A program made the position numbers and the translations under genes. From Armatimonadota bacterium (GTDB lineage: Bacteria; Armatimonadota; SYMT01): a stretch of DNA of 64,000 nucleotides. The notes below the pieces were generated by a model. It worked only from the letters and a program-made list of their open reading frames with translations, was not told the origin of the DNA and did no database searches. The DNA is taken from contig JBKBRF010000015.1 of NCBI GenBank assembly GCA_046292385.1, forward strand, positions 1-64,000, in the 5' to 3' direction. Position 1 is the first letter of the stretch, and each line of letters begins with the position of its first letter. Below are positions 37,694 through 46,448 of the stretch, piece after piece.

Positions 37694-39370
37694 ATGAGCA
37701 TTCCTGCTTTGCTTCCCGACTCGGCACTGGTCCGCGTCGACTACCTCTCGGCCACGGACGACGGGATCACCCTCGTCGCCAGCGCGGTGCAGGAGCGGCC
37801 CTTCTGTCCGGACTGCCAGGTTCCGGCCACCCGGATCCACAGTCGCTATCATCGCCAACTCGCTGCCTTGGCGTGGCAGGGGCTCCGAGTACGGCTGCGG
37901 CTCACGAGCCGGAGGTGGTTCTGCGACCGGCCGGAGTGCTCCCGGAGGATCTTCACGGAGCGCTTTCCCGGCCTGCTCTCCCGCTCGGCCCGTCGGCTGG
38001 ACCAGCTTACCGAGACGCTCCGCCACCTGGCTTATGCTCTCGGGGGCGAGCCGGGAGCCCGCGTAGCGGAGCACCTCGGGATCGGCACGAGCCCCGACAC
38101 CCTCCTGCGCTTGCTCCGGGAGCGAGGACGGCAACGCGCTCCCCACGTGCCGCGGGTCCTGGGGGTGGATGACTTCGCCTTCCGGCGCGGCCATACGTAC
38201 GGCACGCTCCTCCTGGATCTGGAAACCGGGGCTCCCGTCGACCTACTACCGGACCGAAAGGCGGAGACGCTGGCACGATGGCTGGAAGATCATCCGGGCG
38301 TGGAGGTGATTAGCCGCGATCGCGGCGGGAGCTACGCCGATGGGGCCCGGCAGGGAGCTCCCCGGGCACAGCAGGTGGCGGATCGCTGGCACCTCCTCAA
38401 GAACCTGGTCGAGGCGCTGGAGATCACCCTCACGTCGGAACAGCGGGCGCTGCAGCAGGCAGCGGAACTCGGGGAGCCTGCCACGGAAGAGGCGGTCGGG
38501 AAGGCCGCGGACCCCGCCGGGGAAACAGTCGACGTGTCCGCTCCTCCGTGCCCCGCCGCGGCGGAGCCCTCCGGCCGCGCCGAACGGGACCGCACGCGCC
38601 GGCGAGACCGCCGGCGCGTTGCTTACGAGGAAGTACTGCGACTACACCGCGCCGGTTACTCCCTGCGAGAGATCGCAGAACAGACCGGGAAGTCTCGCTG
38701 GACCGTCTCCAAGTACGTGCGCGCCGACGCCTTTCCGGAGATCAAGCAACGCCAGCCGCGACCCACGCAGTTGGATCCGTTCCGTGCCTACCTGGAGCGT
38801 CGGTGGGAAGAAGGCTGCCACAACGCCGCGCAGCTGTGGCGAGAGATCGAGGCGCAGGGCTACCGCGGCGCGGTCTCGCTCGTCCGGGCTTATCTCTCCC
38901 AACGTCGGGCTCGCCTGCCGGCAGAGGAACGGCGCACCAGCGGCCCGGTGCCGCGAAAGCCACACGCGACCCGCCCCCCGGCTCCCCGGGCGCTCGTCTG
39001 GTGGCTGGTCGGAGCCCCGGAGAAGTTGACGAGTGAGCAGGTAACGTTTCTCGCGCGGCTGACGGAGACTTGCCCGGCCGTCCAGGGTTGGCAGGAGCTC
39101 GCTCGCGCGTTCTTTCGCCTGGTGCGGGAGCGAGATGTGGAAGCACTCCCGCCGTGGGTGGAACTCGCCCGCCGGAGCGGGAGCAAAGAGCTGGCGAGCT
39201 TCGCGACGGGTCTGCGCCGGGACTGGGAAGCGGTGGTGGCCGGCGTCTTGTTGCCGTGGAGCAACGGTCCGGTCGAGGGCCAGATCAACCGCTTGAAAGC
39301 GCTGAAGCGCCAGATGTATGGCAGAGCCGGCTTTGAACTGCTGCGCGCTCGCGTCCTCCGGCCGGGGTAA
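37694..39370 (+). CDS. ISL3-family transposase
   Basis: CPDC zinc finger, LGVDDFAFRRG, SRDR, ADRWHL, SNGPVEGQINRLK..KRQMYGRA. Confidence 0.95.
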   Translation: MSIPALLPDSALVRVDYLSATDDGITLVASAVQERPFCPDCQVPATRIHSRYHRQLAALAWQGLRVRLRLTSRRWFCDRPECSRRIFTERFPGLLSRSARRLDQLTETLRHLAYALGGEPGARVAEHLGIGTSPDTLLRLLRERGRQRAPHVPRVLGVDDFAFRRGHTYGTLLLDLETGAPVDLLPDRKAETLARWLEDHPGVEVISRDRGGSYADGARQGAPRAQQVADRWHLLKNLVEALEITLTSEQRALQQAAELGEPATEEAVGKAADPAGETVDVSAPPCPAAAEPSGRAERDRTRRRDRRRVAYEEVLRLHRAGYSLREIAEQTGKSRWTVSKYVRADAFPEIKQRQPRPTQLDPFRAYLERRWEEGCHNAAQLWREIEAQGYRGAVSLVRAYLSQRRARLPAEERRTSGPVPRKPHATRPPAPRALVWWLVGAPEKLTSEQVTFLARLTETCPAVQGWQELARAFFRLVRERDVEALPPWVELARRSGSKELASFATGLRRDWEAVVAGVLLPWSNGPVEGQINRLKALKRQMYGRAGFELLRARVLRPG

Positions 39371-39467
39371 GGGGAACTGCGACGGCGAGCGGCCGAGCAC
39401 CTGTAGGGCTGATCTGCAGGGGCAGGAGTGGCCACCACGGCTCACCAGAAGTGCGGGAGAGCCATTT

Positions 39468-40646
39468 TCACTTCGGCGTTGACACCAAGCTCTTCCACCC
39501 TTCTCGGCGCTGCTGATAGTGGAGGAGCGTGAGCGCCGCGCAGCGAAGGCCGCCGAGCACCTGCACGAGGGTGGGGTTCGCACTTCGGCTCTCGTCTTCC
39601 CGCAACAGCGTGTCCCGCACCCAGTGGGAGCGGTTCTCGATCTGCCAGTGCGATCGGATCAGCGTCAACAACTCCCTCGCTCCCGCCTGACGGCGCTCCA
39701 AGCTCGTGATCCCGTAGACCAGCGTGCGCTCTGCAGGCTGCTCCTGACCGGCACGCGAGACCCAGCGCACCCGCTCCAGCAAAAAGTACTGGCGAGCCCG
39801 TCCCCAATCCAGCCGCTCACCGGGCGGGGGCGCGACGAGCGTCAGGCGTCGGAGCTCCCGCCGGCCATGTCCCCGCTCATACTGCTCTACGGCTTCGGGG
39901 TGCCAGCTCTTCGGGAGCGCCGTGGCGAAGATCTCCTGTAGCGCCCCCTGCAGACCGGGTTGGTTTCCCTTCACCGGCATCACGTAATCGGCTCCCGCCG
40001 CGACGAGGCCGAGGGCGATCTCTTCTTGCGTGAGGAGGGCATCCACGACCACGACGCGGCCGCGCACCGGCAAGCGCAGGAGCAGCTTGGGCACGGCGGG
40101 AATCTCATTGCTCTTCCGCGAGACGGGCTCCAGGTCGAGGGTGATCCCCAGGTCGTGCGTAAAGGCCGAGAGCAGGTGAGCCACCTCTGACCCTTCCCGG
40201 AGACTGCCCTTAACCGTCTTTCCGTCACACGAGAGCGCCGCTTGCCCCTCTGGATCGAGATACGCCAGCAACGCCAGCGCCCAGGCCCGCAGTTGGGCGG
40301 CGAAGCAGGTCCAGTCGAGGGCGGAGAGCACTTCGTGCAGGGTGCTGGCCGCGGGCGTCTTGCCTTCCCGGAAGCCCAGAGCGCGGCGCACGGGCTCCTC
40401 TGCCCCGCGCCCCCACTCGTGGATGCCCTGGCGGTGGGTCCGCCCTGCCAGCGTAGCCACCACCACGAGCAGGAGAATGGCCTCCAGCGGGTGGCGCTTG
40501 CCTCGGGCCTGCCGCGGATCGGGGACTTGGCACAGATACTCGCGCAGCTTGGGCGATTCGCCCGCAGAGACCGTTGCTTCGGAGACGGAGCGAGTGGGTA
40601 CAGGAAGCGGCCCAGCGGGCGGCGAAGCGGAAAGGGCGGCAGTCAC
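39468..40646 (-). pseudogene. ISAs1-family transposase, C-terminally interrupted; element end CAGGGCAATTC at 40739
   Basis: VPDPRQARGKRHPL, DGKTVKGS, SNEIPA, DALLTQ, VKGNQ, HWQIENRSHWVRD. Confidence 0.9.
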
Positions 40647-40873
40647 GATCTCCTCCTGGGGTCTCTTGGCGGAAACTCACAGAAGGACTCGGCGACTGCC
40701 GCTCAACTTACCTGCTCGCTTGAGAATCGAATTGCCCTGGTCACCACCGAATCAGCGGGAGAGCCGAAAATTCATGAAACCGAAGGATACTGCCTGTGTC
40801 TTGAATTAGACACACTACGTCGCAACCCGCCAACCTCTGCGACACAGTACCAAGTGTCACGTGGAGATATCAG

Positions 40874-41071
40874 ATGCGTTCAACGTCTCAAACGTCGCCT
40901 AGCCACCGTGCAGCACCAGTGAGCATCTCGATCGGTAACCTCCGAGATGGAACCCTAGGCATCTACCACCCTACTACCACGGCCAGTTGTGGCAGCGGAA
41001 CAGGAAGCGGCACAGGCAGCGGTAGTGGTACAGGCAGCGGTAGTGGCAGTGGTGGAGCCGGCACCACCTAG
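40874..41071 (+). CDS. Putative RiPP precursor peptide A (65 aa, Gly-Ser/Thr alternating core)
   Basis: GGAG RBS; leader motif SIGNLRDGTLGI; core C(G[S/T])10GGAGTT written with mixed synonymous codons. Confidence 0.75.
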   Translation: MRSTSQTSPSHRAAPVSISIGNLRDGTLGIYHPTTTASCGSGTGSGTGSGSGTGSGSGSGGAGTT

Positions 41072-41098
41072 GGCCGTCTCACGCTATCTAACCCACCC

Positions 41099-41344
41099 AT
41101 GCCCATCCACCTCAAAGCTCTGATGAAACCACGCTTCGAAGACCATTTCTATCGTGAACGGCCATCCTTCGAGATAGGCCATCTCTCTGATGGTCACCTT
41201 CTCATCAGGGACCGTCCTCTACCCGCGCCTTCAGCCAGTGGCTCGGGCAGTGGCTCGGGCAGTGGCTCGGGCAGTGGCTCGGGAACTGGCTCAGGCAGTG
41301 GATCCGGCACCGGATCCGGTAGCGGCTGTGGCCAGTTGGTGTAG
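41099..41344 (+). CDS. Putative RiPP precursor peptide B (up to 81 aa, Gly-Ser/Thr alternating core)
   Basis: Leader motif EIGHLSDGHLLI; core S(G[S/T])14GCGQLV; ends 5 bp before the radical SAM gene. Confidence 0.75.
   Translation: MPIHLKALMKPRFEDHFYRERPSFEIGHLSDGHLLIRDRPLPAPSASGSGSGSGSGSGSGSGTGSGSGSGTGSGSGCGQLV
41236..41283 (+). repeat. 12-bp tandem repeat (CAGTGGCTCGGG)x4 inside precursor B
   Basis: Read directly; encodes (SGSG)n. Confidence 0.85.
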
Positions 41345-41349
41345 GCGAG

Positions 41350-43542
41350 ATGGACGCAAATTCGAATGCTCGTCAACGTCCGGCCGCAAATCAGCGTGTC
41401 CAAGTCTTGTATTTCAAGACCGTTTCACGGCTACTGCCCCACTACTTCTCGGTCGATCATGCGGATATTCACACCCACTGGGACGCGGAGGTAGGCGCTA
41501 ACGTTACGAGCGTCGATCTCGGAGCAATGTTCTGGCGGTCCATCTTGGATACTCATAAGCTGCGCGATCTTCTTCGCACCCGTGAAGTGGACGCCGAGGA
41601 GTCCGACCTGGTCCAACGCCAATTCGATGACGCTACCGTAAGCGCCCTGCCCAAAGCACTAGCGACCCTTGGTTCCGTCCGAGAGCGCGTGCCCGACCCA
41701 AGGGATCTGTGGTCGGCTTTCCACGTGGTGAGCCGAGCAACCGACATCGCATCGGGTCTTTTGGCTGACGAACTCGACGCGCACCTCGCGCGAGGACTTG
41801 TGAGCACCGGCTTCCGCCAGTATGATCTAGAATCCATCCTGGACTCCGTAGAAGCCAATCCGAACATCCCACTCGTCGTTACGATTCAGCGGCTGTGCGA
41901 AAGAGCAATCGCAGAGATCAATGGACCGGACTGGTTGATTCCAACGGTGGTTGTAATCAATCTGCGCAACGATGGTGAGATCGCTCAGGTACTATCAGTC
42001 GCATCCTTCTTCAAGCGACAGCGCATAAATGCGACGATCGTCTTGGATGCGTCAGGCTCTAATGAGCAGTTCAGCTTTAAATCATGGACGGACGCTTTCT
42101 TAGCGCAACGTGCACGAGTGGGGAAGTGGATCAACTACTTTCTCCCGCAGCAGGACTATAAAGCCTCGCTCAAACGTGTTATCTCGTCGTTGGCTGCTGC
42201 TAAGCGTCCCTCCCAAGAGAGTGTTTCGGGACTTGTTGAGCTCGCCCCTGCGCCTTTCCCCCCCGAGTCCGATGCGGTGCCGGCCAAGTCAGTTGACGCA
42301 GCGTTCTCGGATTACATTAGTAACTTACCAACTTTCAAAGTCGCAGGACTGAAGACGGTCGTTGCTCGTCTTCTACCCACCCGTTGTCATTGGTCCGCCT
42401 GCACCTTCTGCACGATCAACTCACAGCACCCTTTGCCTCGCGGCAAAGTGTATATGGACCTAAATGACTTGGGACATATGAATGCGCTGCTAGACGTGTT
42501 GGAACGTGATCAAGTGGAGTCAGTTATTCTAACAGATGAAGCTTTGCATCCGACGGTATTGAACACCTTTGCCTCGGCCGTGTTGCGCCGCGATCTTAGG
42601 TTTGTCTACCGTGCTCGAGCTCGATTCACCGACGAGTTTACACAAGAGCTCTGTGATCAGTTATACGCATCTGGTTGCCGGTACCTTGGTCTCGGTCTAG
42701 AGGCAGCTTCACCGCGGGTCAATTTAATAGTGAACAAGCATCGAGGTGCGTCACCCAATTACCTGCATATTCTGGCGAACCTTGAGAACGCCGGGGTCCG
42801 CCCCCACGTCTATGCCATACTAGGGTTCCCTACAGAAACCCTAGAGGAGATTAGCGCGACCTCAACGTTGCTCGCCTCAGCAATCCGAAACTCAAAGTAC
42901 GTTACCACGAGCCCGAATCTGTTTTATTTAATGCGTGGCTCCAAGATGGCTGCAGAGCCTGACAAGTATGGAATCAAGTTGCTCCCTACCGATACCATGG
43001 CACTCGTCCACAACTTTACGGAAGAGCAATGGTCGCACAATCGCAGCTATGCAAGCGAATGCGTTTCAGCGTTACATCGCTTGCAGTTTTCCCCTGATGT
43101 GGAGAATTCAACCGAGGCGGAGAGCTATTGGCACTTCATCGATCAGACCGGCATATTCTATCTTGAGAAGGTGAACTACTCTAACAATCCCTATCGGCAA
43201 TTGGCTGCCGATGCTGCACGAATCAGCGGGGATGAAATTCGGACAGGCTTGCTGCTCGAAGGCGAGCTCTTTGAACTTGAAGGCGCCAGTCAGGACGGAT
43301 CTCTCCTTCTCTGTGATTGGGTAACCAACAACTACGCGCGTATCGACGAACGCTTCCGGAGCGTTATCTCTGCCATCCTTTCGGGCTACGATAGCCGCGA
43401 GGCTGTTCAACTGGTCGAGCCGCAATTGCGAGAGGATGCCGTGCATCTCGTCACCGCTTTGTGCCAGAGTAGAATGTTGTCGCCGAGGCGCGAGGTGAAT
43501 CACCTGGAGGAACGACATGGCTATTACGCTGGAACGCATTGA
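41350..43542 (+). CDS. Radical SAM protein (class B/B12-type core) with divergent N-terminus and possible C-terminal RRE
   Basis: CHWSACTFC, TDEA, GLEAAS, ILGFPTET; C-terminal beta-beta-beta plus helices pattern. Confidence 0.85.
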   Translation: MDANSNARQRPAANQRVQVLYFKTVSRLLPHYFSVDHADIHTHWDAEVGANVTSVDLGAMFWRSILDTHKLRDLLRTREVDAEESDLVQRQFDDATVSALPKALATLGSVRERVPDPRDLWSAFHVVSRATDIASGLLADELDAHLARGLVSTGFRQYDLESILDSVEANPNIPLVVTIQRLCERAIAEINGPDWLIPTVVVINLRNDGEIAQVLSVASFFKRQRINATIVLDASGSNEQFSFKSWTDAFLAQRARVGKWINYFLPQQDYKASLKRVISSLAAAKRPSQESVSGLVELAPAPFPPESDAVPAKSVDAAFSDYISNLPTFKVAGLKTVVARLLPTRCHWSACTFCTINSQHPLPRGKVYMDLNDLGHMNALLDVLERDQVESVILTDEALHPTVLNTFASAVLRRDLRFVYRARARFTDEFTQELCDQLYASGCRYLGLGLEAASPRVNLIVNKHRGASPNYLHILANLENAGVRPHVYAILGFPTETLEEISATSTLLASAIRNSKYVTTSPNLFYLMRGSKMAAEPDKYGIKLLPTDTMALVHNFTEEQWSHNRSYASECVSALHRLQFSPDVENSTEAESYWHFIDQTGIFYLEKVNYSNNPYRQLAADAARISGDEIRTGLLLEGELFELEGASQDGSLLLCDWVTNNYARIDERFRSVISAILSGYDSREAVQLVEPQLREDAVHLVTALCQSRMLSPRREVNHLEERHGYYAGTH

Positions 43543-44299
43543 CTCAGATGGGCTGGAAAGGGCTCGTGCTCTGCCCTTCTACGATTTTGTAGAAACAGCT
43601 GCAAAAACCGGAGAAGCCTACTCCATCAATGACAACGGCTACTGCATAGTGGCGCACTCCGACTCACTTGTACCGAATCTCGTTGTTGAGATTAAGCTGC
43701 CTCGGCTTCGGTTTCCGGATGATTACGTTGAACTCAGCTACAAGCTGAATGACATCAGTAGTGGCTTCATGTGGTTTGATACATCGATGAACGACGCCTT
43801 CGATTTCGCATGGCGAATGCGATTGCCTCTCCGGGCGCAGTCACCGTTGTACATCAGCGATGGTCATTCGTTGCCAGATTCCATCGATGGCTTGGATGTT
43901 GTCCAGGCCGATGACGACCATCTGGACACCGCAGTTGCACTTCTCGGTAACATTCCAGATTATCACGGCGGCCTTCGAGCAGAATTCGTCGAACGCAAGA
44001 TTGCGTCACGGAATGTACTCTCACTCGTCCGGGGCGATCAGGTGCACGGGGTTGTGGCCCTCACCGAGCAACCTAACAACTTCGTGACCGCTAGCGCACT
44101 GGCGGTGCTCCCAGAGGAGCGCGGGGCAGGCCTCGGACAGCGATTTGCTCAGTTGCTGCTGCGAAGGATCCATGGCGAAGGAAAGCGGCTCGTAGCTGGT
44201 ATGGCTAATGACGTTCCTGCTTCCGCCCGTATTGCTCGAAGTTTGGGGATGACTGTGCAGAGGCACGCTTTCACTGCCCAGATCTGTTCTGGCTTTTAG
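43517..44299 (+). CDS. GNAT-family acetyltransferase (C-terminal GNAT domain)
   Basis: LAVLPEERGAGLG acetyl-CoA motif and ASARIARSLGM; GGAGG RBS overlapping the upstream gene. Confidence 0.8.
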   Translation: MAITLERIDSDGLERARALPFYDFVETAAKTGEAYSINDNGYCIVAHSDSLVPNLVVEIKLPRLRFPDDYVELSYKLNDISSGFMWFDTSMNDAFDFAWRMRLPLRAQSPLYISDGHSLPDSIDGLDVVQADDDHLDTAVALLGNIPDYHGGLRAEFVERKIASRNVLSLVRGDQVHGVVALTEQPNNFVTASALAVLPEERGAGLGQRFAQLLLRRIHGEGKRLVAGMANDVPASARIARSLGMTVQRHAFTAQICSGF

Positions 44300-44314
44300 C
44301 CGGACGTTGAAGTA

Positions 44315-44361
44315 AGCAAAACGCGCTGCCGGAGGAAGACCCTGCGGCAGCGCGTTTTGCT
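44315..44361. terminator. Perfect 17-bp inverted repeat, bidirectional-terminator-like
   Basis: AGCAAAACGCGCTGCCG-N13-CGGCAGCGCGTTTTGCT. Confidence 0.65.
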
Positions 44362-44413
44362 GTAGTTACACCTGACCCCCAGGTGCGGCGCGCTTTGGTG
44401 GAACTAAGTAGCG

Positions 44414-46252
44414 GTGGATAAGACTGTGTTTCGACTTGTTTCCATGCCGTTCGTCTCAGCCCGGCGTCCATCCATTCAACTTGGGCTACTGAAGTCGATA
44501 CTCGCCCAGCAAGGAATAGAATGTACCACTCACCACTTGAATCTCTATTTTGCGGAGGACATCGGTCTGCCTCTCTACGAGGCCATATGCGAACACCGCG
44601 GCACACAGATTGGTGACTGGGTCTTCGCACGTTCTGCATTCGGAGGAGACGCTCCACCTATCACCTCAATGACCCGGGATGTATTCAGCCCAACGATTGA
44701 ATCTATAAATCGTGAGGTGGAGTTAGCTTTCGAGGAATTGGTCGAACTACGAGATCACGTGGCTCCGCGGTTCCTTCGCGAAATGGCCAGCCTACTGGAC
44801 TGGTCAGACAGTCTTGCCGTCGGTTTCACCAGCACTTTCCAGCAGAACGTAGCTTCTCTAGCTATGGCTCGTCTTATCAAGGCTACCGCCCCAAACGTCA
44901 AAATTATCTTCGGTGGAGCAAATTGTGAAGTCCCTATGGGGCAGGAACTGCTTCGGAGTTTCCCTTGGGTCGATTACGTTGTCGCGGGAGAAGGGGACGA
45001 CGCACTTCCAGGGTTGTTACGCTGTTTGATGCACGGTGAGGACCCCGAGAACATTCCTAACGTCCTGAGGTCTGGGGCGTTACCTCAACTGGACTTTGCC
45101 CCGGAAGTGGTGCAATCCCTGAGTCAGTGTGTCCCGGATTACGATGAGTATTTCTCCACTTCGATTGCTACAGGAGTTCTCAGCGCCGAGGCGTCCGTAG
45201 ATGTCACTTTGCCGATCGAAACTGCTAGAGGCTGCTGGTGGGGTGAGAGGCAGCATTGCACGTTCTGTGGTTTAAATGGGTCACACATGCGCTATCGGAG
45301 TAAGCCGCCGGAGGCCGTGCTTTCGGAGGTTTCGGCGCTTTCAACTCGCTACAAGAGCTTCTTTTTTGCGGCAGTCGACAACATACTAGATTTCGGTTAC
45401 TTCGATACCTTGGTGCCGATGCTGGCCCAGGCGGGTCTTGGATACTCGTTCTTTTACGAGACAAAGTCGAACCTTTCAAAGCAGCGTATTCGGCTATTAT
45501 GGCAATCAGGGATAAGGATGGTGCAGCCTGGCATTGAATCCCTCTCGACTGACATTCTGGCGCTGATTAAAAAGGGGGTGAGTGGCCCTCAAAATATTTG
45601 CGCACTGAAATGGCTCACCTATTATGGTATTCGAGCTTATTGGAACCTTCTCTGGGGTTTCCCAGGCGAGGAAAAGGCGTGGTACGATGCCCAGGCGGCG
45701 CTAATCCCCCGACTGACACACTTACAGCCACCGCAGGGCATGGGGCGGATCCGCTTGGAGCGATTCAGCCCACTCTTCCGTGAGAGAGGACTGTTTAAGC
45801 TAATCAAACACGAGCGTAGTTATGCTGAAGCGTATCCGATTGGCGTTAACTTGGACCAGATAGCCTACTTTTTCGACTATGAGTTGAGAGATGCAGTTCC
45901 ATCGGAGGCATATGAGAATACAAGACTCGCTGGAGAAACCTGGTCGGCCATGTGGGCGGAAGCGCCCACACCGCCATATTTGAAATATCGGGCCTCCCCG
46001 CACTATATCAGGTTTTACGACGGCCGGGATCCTGATAATCTTAGGACAATCGGGTATTCTGGCTCCGCATCATCAGTTTACCGCATCGTTGACGAGAAGC
46101 CGATATCAGTACGGGAGCTTATGAATCGGATCGAGGGCACAAGTTCGTCCGAAGTTCTAGGGTGGTTAGATCTTTTCGAAGAACAGGGGCTGGTCGTGCG
46201 TGAGAATGGAAGGGTCTTTGGGCTCGCCACCCCAGACCTCGAGGGGCGTTAG
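44414..46252 (+). CDS. RiPP-maturation B12-dependent radical SAM C-methyltransferase (PoyB/PoyC-like)
   Basis: VSMPF...PSIQLGLLK, GFTSTFQQN, GGANCE, RGCWWGERQHCTFCGLN (CX7CX2C), QPGIESL, WNLLWGFPGE, RFSP. Confidence 0.92.
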   Translation: MDKTVFRLVSMPFVSARRPSIQLGLLKSILAQQGIECTTHHLNLYFAEDIGLPLYEAICEHRGTQIGDWVFARSAFGGDAPPITSMTRDVFSPTIESINREVELAFEELVELRDHVAPRFLREMASLLDWSDSLAVGFTSTFQQNVASLAMARLIKATAPNVKIIFGGANCEVPMGQELLRSFPWVDYVVAGEGDDALPGLLRCLMHGEDPENIPNVLRSGALPQLDFAPEVVQSLSQCVPDYDEYFSTSIATGVLSAEASVDVTLPIETARGCWWGERQHCTFCGLNGSHMRYRSKPPEAVLSEVSALSTRYKSFFFAAVDNILDFGYFDTLVPMLAQAGLGYSFFYETKSNLSKQRIRLLWQSGIRMVQPGIESLSTDILALIKKGVSGPQNICALKWLTYYGIRAYWNLLWGFPGEEKAWYDAQAALIPRLTHLQPPQGMGRIRLERFSPLFRERGLFKLIKHERSYAEAYPIGVNLDQIAYFFDYELRDAVPSEAYENTRLAGETWSAMWAEAPTPPYLKYRASPHYIRFYDGRDPDNLRTIGYSGSASSVYRIVDEKPISVRELMNRIEGTSSSEVLGWLDLFEEQGLVVRENGRVFGLATPDLEGR

Positions 46253-46448
46253 CCGCTCGGGACGTCTCCCGCTCACTTCGGGGCCGCCGCGGCAGCGTTC
46301 ACCACTTTGATGCACCACCGGCGAATTGAGTAAAGCATAGCTCGCCGGGTGTTGAGCACTCGGGATAGGCGCCGGCGTGCGGGGCGTCCCCGCGCGTCGC
46401 TTGGCCGTGCCGAAAAGCCGTGGGTGAGCGTCGGGCTCGGCAGCAGAA

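Larger units (their letters stand above)
35600..39463 (+). mobile_element. ISL3-family element with its left IR interrupted by IS1182
   Basis: Reconstructed left end GGCTCTCCCGCCATTTTGGTGAC versus right end (reverse complement) GGCTCTCCCGCACTTCTGGTGAG. Confidence 0.85.
35579..39484. mobile_element. IS21-type shell: only 21-bp terminal repeats remain, flanked by a 5-bp CCAAG target duplication
   Basis: Left TGTCACCGCCTGTGAAAAAAT; right (reverse complement) TGTCAACGCCGAAGTGAAAAT; CCAAG at 35574-35578 and 39485-39489. The family call rests on end sequence only. Confidence 0.65.

Noticed and set aside
40988..41330. GS repeats as a CRISPR array, microsatellite or synthetic linker
   Set aside because: No spacers; synonymous codon variation and a shared upstream leader motif argue for natural peptide genes
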